This document shows, one piece after another, positions 31,828-40,796 of a stretch of DNA of 64,000 nucleotides. Under the pieces are notes generated by a model. It had not been told where the DNA came from, searched no databases, and worked only from the letters and a program-made list of their open reading frames with translations. How positions within the stretch are numbered: position 1 is the first letter of the stretch; every line of letters begins with the position of its first letter. The stretch is from Bdellovibrionales bacterium (GTDB lineage Bacteria; Bdellovibrionota; Bdellovibrionia; Bdellovibrionales; UBA1609), in contig CBDHDF010000006.1 in assembly GCA_965261545.1 (NCBI GenBank), forward strand, positions 64,001 to 128,000, read 5' to 3'. The position numbers were made by a program, and so were the translations under genes.

Positions 31828-31925
31828 GCCAGTTATCCATAAATTTATCCATGGCGACACTGCGGCTGTGACCCCGATGTCTAGCAACGCAGTGCTGCTG
31901 TGGATAAATTTTGTGGATAACTGGC
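31828..31925. repeat. DnaA-box-bounded hairpin cassette, copy in IS21-A copy 2
   Basis: Reverse complement of 6213-6311 apart from one A-run base. Confidence 0.9.
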
Positions 31926-31952
31926 GAGTTCCTTCCCCAAAAGTGGGGATCT

Positions 31953-32735
31953 CTAATGAACTTCTTTGGTTGAACTTTCCTCTTTGCTCTGTTTAGACTT
32001 GGCTTTTGCCGATTCGGTTCTCCAACTTTCTTTTCCTTCAATGTTGAGGGTTTCACAGTTGTGAATAATTCGATCAACAGCAGCAGCGGTGGTAATAGGG
32101 TTAAGAAACACCTTATCCCATTCAGAGTAAGTTAAGTTTGTAGTGATCATGAGACTTTTCCTTTCATATCGCTGAGATATGAATTGAAAGAAAAGATCAG
32201 CACCCTCTGTGCAGGAAGCTGTATAGCCAAGTTCATCACAAGCAATAAGATCAAAACGGTCTAATTTCTTAAAAAGAGCATTCAATGAGAGTTCTTTCTT
32301 GCTTTCACGCATTGTTTCAATAAGTTCATGAGTGGTGACCCATAAACATCGATAGCCTTGTTCACAGAGTGAACGAACTAGGGACATGGCCAAATGACTT
32401 TTCCCCATTCCAAAGCTTCCGTAAAACACAACATTACAGGCTTTTCTGACCCACTCTCCCTCTGCCATCCAATTAATTTGCTGAGCTGTCACTCCCGTTC
32501 TTTTCTGGAAGTTATAAGTTTGGAGTGATTTAAGTTGAGGAAGCTTGGCCCCCTTAAGCAATCTTTTCACTCTCTGGGAATGCTTGTCAGCAAGCTCATT
32601 TTGAACGAGTATACCTAAATACTGTTCATACGTCTTTTTTGTTTTTTCGGCAACTCTAGCCGTTGCAACATATTCATCCGCCATCGCTGGAAGTCGGAGT
32701 TTTTTAAGAGAACCTATAAGTTCTTCGTGATTCAT
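31953..32735 (-). CDS. istB: IS21-A IstB ATPase
   Basis: Same protein as 5403-6185. Confidence 0.96.
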   Translation of the reverse strand: MNHEELIGSLKKLRLPAMADEYVATARVAEKTKKTYEQYLGILVQNELADKHSQRVKRLLKGAKLPQLKSLQTYNFQKRTGVTAQQINWMAEGEWVRKACNVVFYGSFGMGKSHLAMSLVRSLCEQGYRCLWVTTHELIETMRESKKELSLNALFKKLDRFDLIACDELGYTASCTEGADLFFQFISQRYERKSLMITTNLTYSEWDKVFLNPITTAAAVDRIIHNCETLNIEGKESWRTESAKAKSKQSKEESSTKEVH

Positions 32736-34201
32736 TAAGAACCTCCTATGTTTGGAACAAGACTGTCATATTGAGACAATCTAGGTTGAAGTGGTTTTTG
32801 TTGGTCATTCAAATTAATTTTGGTGGGATTGCCTAAGAGCAAATCTTTTATGGATTTAAAGTCGAAAATCTCACGACTTTCTAATTGAAGCTCCATGGCT
32901 GTAGATAAGTCCTGCCAACTCACATGCTGAATCAAGTTGATAACTCTTAAATATTCATGCTCGGCACGGCTTGAATCTTGTTGCTTGAGGTATTGATAAA
33001 AATTTTCAAACACATTTGTTGGAAAAAGAATGGATCGGTGAGCCCATCTTACCATGGCTTGCGGCTTACGAACTAAAGAGGGAAGGATATGTTCAAGAAG
33101 AAGACTATGCTCCCCATCAGGTTTTCTTTGATGGCGAGCGACAATTTCTTGCTTCCCTCCTGCACGATAGATCGTGACATGATAGGGACCCTGTACGGTT
33201 TTACAGGGAGATTGGATCACCTCATCAGGTATGGAATATGTGGTTTTACCTATTCTCAAAGTCCCATAACCATTACTTTGACAAATATTCACCTTACAGA
33301 GAATATCTTCATCTCGTGGAGGCAAAGGCTTAAGAACTTTGGCCTCCTCCTCAAAGCGAGATTTGGTGGAGTCACTCTGATGCTGATCCATATAAGACTC
33401 TAAAAACTGATTCAAATGATCCCAGTCTTTAAAAACAATTCCTTTGTTTCTAACAATATTTTTTATCCGAGAACTGAAGGTTCGAATATCACGCTCCACA
33501 TCTCCCTTGTCAGAGCCCTTCCCTGCGCGGCAGGGAAGAACCTTAAATCCATAGTATTGGATGGCTCGATCAAAAGATTGGGTGTAAATTCGCTGATTTC
33601 CTTTAAGAACTTTCTTCACACAGGGAGATAAATTATCAATACGGATGTTCGCACTCATCCCACCTATCTTTTCAAAAAAAGCATGCACCCCATCGATGAA
33701 ACACTCATAGACAAGAAAGGGGTAGGCACGAACCCAACAGGTGCCACTACAAGGCAATGTTCCAAAATGGAGATGAACGATCTGAACACCATCGGCAAAT
33801 GGTAAAGCAACCTTCTCCTTAAAATCAAACTGAGCCTGTTCTCCAGGATCATATCTTTGGCTGAAAAAACGCTCCTTGGGGCGAGAACCAAGAATCTCAC
33901 AAACTCTTCTCTGAACCGTTCTCTCACTCCCACGATAACCCTCCTCAACTAATAGCTCATATATTTCACGGGCGGTGTTACTTGGGTTCAACTTCAAAAA
34001 GTACTTCACCCGATCCATATATCCATTAAGGGGATCTGGGCGAGTTCTTTTGGACCTCGCCTTGTACTTCGGTGGGGTGTTGGACTCACAGTACTTGCGC
34101 ACCGTCTTACGATTGATCCCTAATTCACGAGATATTTCTGTCTTATTTTTACCACTGTGACTCAGGTCACGAATGCGGCCGAAAGTGTATTGACTAATCA
34201 T
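32735..34201 (-). CDS. istA: IS21-A IstA transposase (intact)
   Basis: GAGGAGG RBS, HTH, DDE-region motifs. Confidence 0.95.
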   Translation of the reverse strand: MISQYTFGRIRDLSHSGKNKTEISRELGINRKTVRKYCESNTPPKYKARSKRTRPDPLNGYMDRVKYFLKLNPSNTAREIYELLVEEGYRGSERTVQRRVCEILGSRPKERFFSQRYDPGEQAQFDFKEKVALPFADGVQIVHLHFGTLPCSGTCWVRAYPFLVYECFIDGVHAFFEKIGGMSANIRIDNLSPCVKKVLKGNQRIYTQSFDRAIQYYGFKVLPCRAGKGSDKGDVERDIRTFSSRIKNIVRNKGIVFKDWDHLNQFLESYMDQHQSDSTKSRFEEEAKVLKPLPPRDEDILCKVNICQSNGYGTLRIGKTTYSIPDEVIQSPCKTVQGPYHVTIYRAGGKQEIVARHQRKPDGEHSLLLEHILPSLVRKPQAMVRWAHRSILFPTNVFENFYQYLKQQDSSRAEHEYLRVINLIQHVSWQDLSTAMELQLESREIFDFKSIKDLLLGNPTKINLNDQQKPLQPRLSQYDSLVPNIGGS

Positions 34202-34326
34202 AAGATCCTCCTCATTGCTAACCTTTTGAGTTGCAAAAGGGAGGGACTCTGTGAGCTTAGTATCTATATCAGAAGAAGAGACTTCATTGTCTAGTATTTG
34301 AACACTCCCTGAAGATTGGTCACTTT

Positions 34327-34701
34327 TCATTGGCGACAACCTCCATATTGAAAGTGGGACATTTTAATTGGCGACGGCTTTAAGGGAAGCCTGTCTTCAG
34401 AAAGAAATTCCATGAAAATTGAGGCAAATGTTGGAATCTTGTGGAATTTAAATACTTTAGAAAATGGGCACAGCCTAAACAGGCTTTTCTTGACTATATA
34501 TTTAACCTCATTGAAATCCAGAAACAGTCTACAAAGGAGAAATATGGAACCTGAATAGGCTGTCATGGAAGGACTCTCCAACACGGAGCCCCTTTCCAGG
34601 TCGACAAGAACCCAAAAGGAGTTCTTATCAGCTCGGAGCCTTTTTATGAGTAATATCAATTGATTATATGCGTCTCGGTTGACAATGCCAAAAATCACCA
34701 T
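34327..34701 (-). CDS. Hypothetical 124-aa ORF in left end of IS21-A, copy 2
   Basis: Two amino-acid differences from 1533-1907. Confidence 0.3.
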   Translation of the reverse strand: MVIFGIVNRDAYNQLILLIKRLRADKNSFWVLVDLERGSVLESPSMTAYSGSIFLLCRLFLDFNEVKYIVKKSLFRLCPFSKVFKFHKIPTFASIFMEFLSEDRLPLKPSPIKMSHFQYGGCRQ

Positions 34702-35164
34702 AGGTCCTCCTCTGAAAAGTGGCCACTTTTCATTGGCGACGGTGGGGCATTTTAATTGTCAGCTAACACTAGGCTTTGTTTGAGGCGAACATCTGTCCAA
34801 TTCACCTTGGATGACCATGGGGCTTGGTAGGGCCCATGCGACCCCTTTGAGCGGCTGTTAGGGCCTCCGGGACTATCCTTCACATACTTCTTCACAGTGT
34901 TCCGACTAACACCCATAGCTCGAGCTATTTGTCTCGAACTGAGTCCAAGCTCTATGTATTTCTTAATATTGTTGATCATTCTTGCTCCTTTTTTCTTACC
35001 TTGTTTGCCCATAGACACCTCCTCGTTAATGCGTAGCGCAGAAAGAATATCTATGAAGATCTAAGTGGGTCAATGTTTGGTGAAATTCAGTGGGTCAAAC
35101 TTCGTGAAATTGGGTGGGTCAAACCAGGTGAAATTGGGTGGGTCAAACTAGGTGAAATTTTGCA

Positions 35165-35217
35165 AAATAGCTTAACGCAGAGGCAGAGGGGTGTGGTGGC
35201 TTAAGGAAACGGCATTG
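35165..35217 (+). mobile_element. 53-bp right-end remnant of the IS4-family element
   Basis: Identical to the reconstructed empty site 1451-1465 plus 8586-8623. Confidence 0.9.
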
Positions 35218-35314
35218 ATTCAGGGGGGCATGAGTTTACAGAGAGAGATTTATATTTTCTCTGGTAAGAAGGAGCAATTTACCTCTTGAACTCTGCTACC
35301 CCCTGAACAGTTAC
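35218..35314. repeat. MITE-like palindrome, left tip apparently cut by the IS4 end
   Basis: TTCAGGGGG.GCA.GAGTT ... AACTCTGCTACCCCCTGAACAGTTAC inverted arms with an internal hairpin. Confidence 0.6.
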
Positions 35315-35714
35315 GTGATATTATCACTTTGGATGAGCTAACTGCACAATCAGACGTTAAGTGTTGATTTTTAGGTAATTGGTCAAAAGAAAGTAATAAA
35401 GTCACATGAAACTCTGTTTAAATGGCTTTGATGTGAGATTCGCTTGTTATTATTACTTTTCTTTAACCAGTTCACAATATGCAGGCTACAAGTGGTTCTG
35501 AGAACCAATTATGATTGGTTAATAAAACAGCATAATCAAAAATATGGTCAGAATAAAAACAGAAATGACGCGGTTTTTTTTGGTCTAAATAAAGTATCGT
35601 ATAACACCAGCCCTTTTGAGAGACCTTTCATAGCTTCTTCTGATCCGCCCATCGGGGCTCTCCTCGCATCAACGAAAAAAGGGGCCGTCGTTACCATCTT
35701 TTACCCTAATTTTA

Positions 35715-35912
35715 CCATAAAATGCTTTGGGGGAAAATTCTTTCTTGTTGGTGATAGTGGTATTATTGCGGTGGTTCGGATCACAAAAAGACCTTGTTTT
35801 TCAGCCTTGCTGTGAGAGCCCTCTGGCCTTTAAATAGCTATGGCACCGTAAATCGTCTTGTCTTTGCGCTCTGGAAACATATTTCTAAACATTTTGAGCT
35901 TGTCTATAAAGA
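35715..35912 (-). pseudogene. Frameshifted C-terminal fragment of a DUF3782-like / PD-(D/E)xK-like protein
   Basis: Stitched translation FRNMFPERKDKTIYGAIA/YLKA/AEKQGLFVIRTT/NNTTITNKKEFSPKAF; family recalled from memory. Confidence 0.55.
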
Positions 35913-35927
35913 CGAGGTACAAATACA

Positions 35928-35978
35928 GTAACCTTCATGGGGGCGCCTTGCTTCCCCACCCACGCCCATGAATGTTAC
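35928..35978. mobile_element. 51-bp miniature inverted-repeat element with 8-bp TSD
   Basis: GTAAC.TTCATGGG...CCCATGAA.GTTAC flanked by CAAATACA at 35920-35927 and 35979-35986. Confidence 0.75.
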
Positions 35979-36003
35979 CAAATACAAAGCTCCTTTATCC
36001 TTC

Positions 36004-37200
36004 CTATTCCCTCCTAGCGAAGATAGTTAGCTTGAGTTCTTCACCGACCATGGTGTAAATGGGGCATTGGCCACTTAGCTCCTTGCTTTCATCAAGAATA
36101 ATACCCACACCCTCCCCCCGGCGCTCTAAAAAGTATTTCCTACTTACGGTTTGCCCCATAGAGTGATTTAAGGAGATTTCAGATAGTAAGCGAGACAAGA
36201 GTTCATTGCGAGTGACCTGATTATAAGGCAAGGTCTCGATAGTTAAAGTATTGGCCAATGAGCCAGGCGAATGGATTTCTAGCCTGTCAGAAAAGATAAA
36301 TAAACGTATCTTTGATCCATATTTAGAGTAATCTCTATGTACAACAGCATTAACAATAGCCTCAAAAACAGCTCTCATACTATATTGTGGTCTCTCACTT
36401 CTTCCGATTTCTTTGTGTGCTGATATTTGATTGTATTTCTCTACAAACTTAAAAGCATCCATAATTTGAATGTCCAAGGGTCCATTGAAGTCTTTGGCAT
36501 CTAACTGATAATTGGCATCCTTGGTTATTCCATTATAGTAAACAGCCTGAATAAAACTGTTATTAAGATACCTTTCGGGACTCTGACAACTCATCAAAAT
36601 GCCAGCAACAGAGGCTCGATACTCTCCATTCTGATGGACGAGGAGTCGACGTTTACGAAGAGATAATAGGGGATCAGAGTCTCCATCATATCGTATAAAC
36701 CGTCTGTAATAATCTAGGTAAAGTGTACGAATATCTGTTTGAGGAACGGCCTGTTCATCAAAGGCGATCACTCTTGCTTGGGAACGGCTTTGCATCAATC
36801 GCGCCAATTGTTCCGTTGGCATCTCCCTCTTACTACTTCCTTGGCGTATAAAGTAACCATTTGGTGATTTATGGACAAAAAGACTTTGTGGAACCTCAAT
36901 TTTTAGTAAATGTTTATTGTTAATAGTTAGTTTTTCTGTTTGAATACTCACGGTGGGTTCTAAACTATCTTGACAGACTTCAATGACAGTTTTTTCGTCT
37001 GTATTTAATTTTCTACGATCCATGCCAATGATTTCGCCACTATCATCCACACCTACAAGTATCACTCCACCTTTGGCATTTGCAAAAGCTGCAATTTCAT
37101 TGGCTAAGGATTCTCTTCTTGGTAAATCGACTTTAAACTCCACAGTGGAGTCTTCACCAAGACCTATTTTTTCTATGATTTCAGATAGACTATCCAGCAT
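36004..37200 (-). CDS. Schlafen/AlbA_2 plus HATPase_c_4-type domain protein
   Basis: EDSTVEFK, AAFANAKGGVILVGVDD, EAIVNAVVHRDY, RLEIHSPG; ATG overlaps the upstream gene end. Confidence 0.9.
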   Translation of the reverse strand: MLDSLSEIIEKIGLGEDSTVEFKVDLPRRESLANEIAAFANAKGGVILVGVDDSGEIIGMDRRKLNTDEKTVIEVCQDSLEPTVSIQTEKLTINNKHLLKIEVPQSLFVHKSPNGYFIRQGSSKREMPTEQLARLMQSRSQARVIAFDEQAVPQTDIRTLYLDYYRRFIRYDGDSDPLLSLRKRRLLVHQNGEYRASVAGILMSCQSPERYLNNSFIQAVYYNGITKDANYQLDAKDFNGPLDIQIMDAFKFVEKYNQISAHKEIGRSERPQYSMRAVFEAIVNAVVHRDYSKYGSKIRLFIFSDRLEIHSPGSLANTLTIETLPYNQVTRNELLSRLLSEISLNHSMGQTVSRKYFLERRGEGVGIILDESKELSGQCPIYTMVGEELKLTIFARRE

Positions 37201-39985
37201 CGTTTGTTCCCAAGTGAATACGCTTGTATCTTTGTTCAAAAGCGATTGCTCCCCCTTCGAGAACATTACATATTTTTTTTCTAATGGACTTATCTTGAAT
37301 ACTTTCGGGATTGTCTAGGTGAGATTCACCCTCTCTGACTGTAAGAGGCAATACTAACTCGGCATTGCCGTTAACTACAATATTAGCATTGTGGGTCACC
37401 ACAATAATTTGCCTCTGAGATTTTGTCTCGCACAACTGTTTAACAATTAAATCGTAAATCAGTTCATTGTCAAGGTCGTCTTCGGGTTGATCCAAAAGCA
37501 AAGGCTCCCTTCCATAGGATAAAATAAAAGCTAAAAGTGCCGCTGTCTTTTGACCTGGAGACCCCTGTTGGATATTTTGTGGGCGATGATCCTTGTTTCG
37601 ATGATCCTTGTGTCTATCCTTTTCCTTTGTGGTATGAAAGGTGATACTTAAGGAGTCTTCTGGGAACCAACATTCTAAGTCACTAATGGATTCTTGGGGA
37701 AGATTTTTTATACGGTTCTGAAAGCGGTTACTAAAATGATTATTAGAATAATTATGGAAACATTTTTGAGATTTGTTAGAACGCTTATCTATCGACTCTT
37801 CACCTTCTTGAAAAAGATTGGACAAGACCTTTTTGATTTCTTCAAAGAAGACCTCACATTCTGAATCAGAGTATATTTTCTTTAGCAATTCAAAATCTCC
37901 ATCAAAAGTATTTTGGCACTGAATTAATTCTCTCAATTCTATTGCAATATCTGACCAAATTTGACCAAATGGTTTGATTTCGATATTCACAGATGAGTGA
38001 CCTTTTGAAATCGACTTGAGAAATAATTTCCGGTTTTCTGTTAAATTCTTTCTATTCTTAAATATATCTTGCAACACTTGCTTACTCTCTTGACTCATTT
38101 TTTGTAAAGACTGAGAAAGTTCAGAGATTTGACCCAGCTCTTTCTGATAAACTCCATATTGTTCCAACAGTTGGGGGTATTTAGACAAGTCGATGCCCTG
38201 TTGGCTCAAACTATGTTCTAAATTTTTGTACTCTTCTATGTCTTCTTTTAATTTTTGCATCCATGGTGATTTTATTTCTTTTTCTTTCCATTTACTCAGA
38301 AAATCTTGAGCCTCTCGGATGAGATTTTCTAATTGATTAGAAACTTTTTCGAATGGATAGTGGTCTTGAATTTCCTTTAAAATATTGTCATGATCCTTAA
38401 ATAATTTCTTATCAAATGGCACAGGGTTGATGTCTTTCTTTGTCTTTTCCAAGGAGGAAACGGTCTGTTTCCAAGAGTCTTTCAAACCCTCAATAACAGA
38501 CAACTGTCTTTGACGTAGACGGTATCTCTCCAATATTTCTTTATGGCCAGATTTTTCAATCTCTTCTATTTTTCTTTGAGTATGGATAAGCTGCCCACTC
38601 CATTCATCCTTTTTCAATATCTTGTCATTGATTTCTTTAGACTTTTGTTTCAACTGTTTGTAGCGATTCATAAGTTCAGTATGTTTTTGCTCCCATTCTT
38701 TATATTTTACTTGAGGGTCTTTATCAATGATACTCAGTAAAGCATCTGGCTTTTGTGCCAAAGAAAATATTTGCTTTTGGCTATAAATATAAACAGGGAA
38801 GAGAGTCTTGATTTCACCATCTTCAACTTTCCACTGCCCTTCTTCTGTCTCAACTTCCAAGGAGCCCATCTCTCCCTTCACTGACCAGTTTAGGCGATAG
38901 CGTGTTTCCCCTTTGCGATAAATAAGTGACAAATGACTATCTTCACATAGCAAATGTTCTTTCTCTATGCCAAAATATTTTTGATTTTCTTCTTTCAAAG
39001 AGTCTGGGATTTCTGACTGCCTTCTTAAGACGAGGCGCATAAACTCCAACAATGTAGATTTACCACTTCCCCGCCCTCCAATAATTGTATTGAGATATGG
39101 ACTCAAAGAAACACAAAAGTCTTGAGCGCGCCCCATATACTTAGCTTCTTTAACTTCCATTTTTTCAATAATAAATTCGGAATGATCACGAAGATCTGCT
39201 TTGATATGGTTGGGGTGTGCGACAGAACCTAAGTGTATTAAAGAGCCACCATCTGTCAGTGCCAGTTTTAAACCTTCAATGGAGGCTTGACTCATTTTGA
39301 TCCAAGTAAATAAGTGCTCTCGGTCTTTTAAATACTTTTTATCCTTTTGTTCCAAGCTATGAATATCAGACCCGCGAATCTCCGCCCATCGTATTTTTTC
39401 TTCTTTATAAATTTGTGGTTTAGAGAAATTGAGATCGCACAATTCCATGGCGTCAATTGCAGAGTTCCTCAGAGCTTCTTTAAGTGCTATGCCCTTCAAA
39501 GCTTTCAATAGACCTTTCTCTTTATCAGCATGGGCGGGAATCGGAAGACCACCATGCTCAACAATGATTTTGCTCACATCAGATATAGTTTTTGTTGTTT
39601 CTCCATCTCCTCCCTTTATTTTTTTGTAACCAACAGCTCCCAATAGGAGATCTATGTCACTTGTCCCTTTTGTGGGGTCAAAAATACCCAACATATGAAT
39701 CCCTGAATGAACAGAAATTTCAACTCCTGGAAATAAAACAAGGGGGTGGAAGTAGGGAGGTTTTTTTTCACATTCTTTCAATTCTTCCAAGGCTTCTTTG
39801 AGTTTATCTATCCACTCCCCGCTGTTGTGGTCTGTAATCGCTACGCAATCGATTCGCTTTTCCATGAAATACTGTAGCCAGTGGTGAGGTGTTACCCTTT
39901 TATCTTTAAAATCTTGGGATGCAGGAGTATGAGTATGAAAATCAAAACTCCACCAGCGAGCCCCTGGATACACTCGACCATTCAT
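37190..39985 (-). CDS. PHP phosphoesterase fused to SMC-like ABC ATPase (TrlF/Ppl-like defence protein)
   Basis: FHTHTPAS, ITDHN, PAH, GSDIH; GGRGSGKST, coiled coil, SPGQ, LLDQPEDDLD, VTHN. Confidence 0.9.
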   Translation of the reverse strand: MNGRVYPGARWWSFDFHTHTPASQDFKDKRVTPHHWLQYFMEKRIDCVAITDHNSGEWIDKLKEALEELKECEKKPPYFHPLVLFPGVEISVHSGIHMLGIFDPTKGTSDIDLLLGAVGYKKIKGGDGETTKTISDVSKIIVEHGGLPIPAHADKEKGLLKALKGIALKEALRNSAIDAMELCDLNFSKPQIYKEEKIRWAEIRGSDIHSLEQKDKKYLKDREHLFTWIKMSQASIEGLKLALTDGGSLIHLGSVAHPNHIKADLRDHSEFIIEKMEVKEAKYMGRAQDFCVSLSPYLNTIIGGRGSGKSTLLEFMRLVLRRQSEIPDSLKEENQKYFGIEKEHLLCEDSHLSLIYRKGETRYRLNWSVKGEMGSLEVETEEGQWKVEDGEIKTLFPVYIYSQKQIFSLAQKPDALLSIIDKDPQVKYKEWEQKHTELMNRYKQLKQKSKEINDKILKKDEWSGQLIHTQRKIEEIEKSGHKEILERYRLRQRQLSVIEGLKDSWKQTVSSLEKTKKDINPVPFDKKLFKDHDNILKEIQDHYPFEKVSNQLENLIREAQDFLSKWKEKEIKSPWMQKLKEDIEEYKNLEHSLSQQGIDLSKYPQLLEQYGVYQKELGQISELSQSLQKMSQESKQVLQDIFKNRKNLTENRKLFLKSISKGHSSVNIEIKPFGQIWSDIAIELRELIQCQNTFDGDFELLKKIYSDSECEVFFEEIKKVLSNLFQEGEESIDKRSNKSQKCFHNYSNNHFSNRFQNRIKNLPQESISDLECWFPEDSLSITFHTTKEKDRHKDHRNKDHRPQNIQQGSPGQKTAALLAFILSYGREPLLLDQPEDDLDNELIYDLIVKQLCETKSQRQIIVVTHNANIVVNGNAELVLPLTVREGESHLDNPESIQDKSIRKKICNVLEGGAIAFEQRYKRIHLGTNDAG

Positions 39986-40050
39986 TGTGATCTCATTTTT
40001 TTATCATTATGTATATGTATCATCATATTTTTTCCCATGACTTCCTTTCG

Positions 40051-40776
40051 TTAAAAACTAAAATTGTCCCCAAAGTATCGTTCTCTGGCAATGGGGCTAT
40101 TGGCCACCTCTTGGGCCGTCCCCTGAACTTCCACTCGACCCTCTCCCAATATACATACCCTGTCGCAAATTCTAAGTATTTCCCTGACATTGTGATCCGT
40201 GATTAAAATACCTATGCCACGACTCTGAATAAGATTTTTAAGAAGGTTTTTAAGAACATCAACGGCAATGGGGTCAATTCCAGCAAAAGGCTCATCAAGG
40301 AGAAGAAATTTGGGCTGCCCTGCCAAGGATCGAGCGATTTCAACGCGACGCCTTTCTCCCCCAGAAAGGGAATAGCCATAATTATTTGAAATAGGAGTGA
40401 TTTTAAAATCTTCCAACAAACCTTCGAGTTTCTGTTTTCTCTCCGCTCGACTGTAACCGTGGGCTTCAAGGGCCACTAAAATATTTTGACTCACAGTGAG
40501 GCCACGAAACACACTGGCTTCTTGGGGAAGGTAGCCCAAACCCAAGCGTGCTCTTTTGAAAATAGGCATTTGCCCGATATCCACGCCGTCCAAATTCACC
40601 TGCCCTTGGTCGGGTGTAAGCAAGCCAACAACCATATAAAAGCTCGTGGTTTTACCAGCTCCGTTGGGCCCCAATAAACCCACAATCTCACCACTCCTCA
40701 CAGAAAAAGAAACGGAGTGGACAACCTCACGAAGTTTAAATTTTTTTGAAATACCTTGAACTTCTAAAAGGCTCAA
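40051..40776 (-). CDS. lptB: LPS export ABC transporter ATPase
   Basis: GPNGAGKTT, GYLPQEASVFR, LSGGERRRVE, ITDHNVRE. Confidence 0.95.
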   Translation of the reverse strand: MSLLEVQGISKKFKLREVVHSVSFSVRSGEIVGLLGPNGAGKTTSFYMVVGLLTPDQGQVNLDGVDIGQMPIFKRARLGLGYLPQEASVFRGLTVSQNILVALEAHGYSRAERKQKLEGLLEDFKITPISNNYGYSLSGGERRRVEIARSLAGQPKFLLLDEPFAGIDPIAVDVLKNLLKNLIQSRGIGILITDHNVREILRICDRVCILGEGRVEVQGTAQEVANSPIARERYFGDNFSF

Positions 40777-40796
40777 TCAAAGACCTCCTTAACTTC

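Larger units (their letters stand above)
31523..34768 (-). mobile_element. IS21-family element A, copy 2 (intact, 3246 bp)
   Basis: Same ends as copy 1; 5-bp TSD CTAGG (31518-31522, 34769-34773). Confidence 0.96.
30244..35012 (-). pseudogene. istA: IS21-B IstA transposase split by IS21-A
   Basis: N-terminal HTH 35012-34769 joins 31517-30244 in frame; PGERSEFDY, FDNAK, PKDKSLIE. Confidence 0.93.
28895..35164 (-). mobile_element. IS21-family element B (contains IS21-A copy 2)
   Basis: TGC...GCA ends with tandem AATTTCAC..AGTTTGACCCAC repeats at both ends; istA/istB; no matching TSD. Confidence 0.9.

Noticed and set aside
35444..35815. 123-aa plus-strand ORF
   Set aside because: Overlaps minus-strand pseudogene debris and palindromes; no recognisable RBS or family
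35218..35978. Integron attC array (AAC...GTT palindromes)
   Set aside because: Poor fit to RYYYAAC/GTTRRRY, no typical unpaired spacer, no integrase, and one element has an 8-bp TSD
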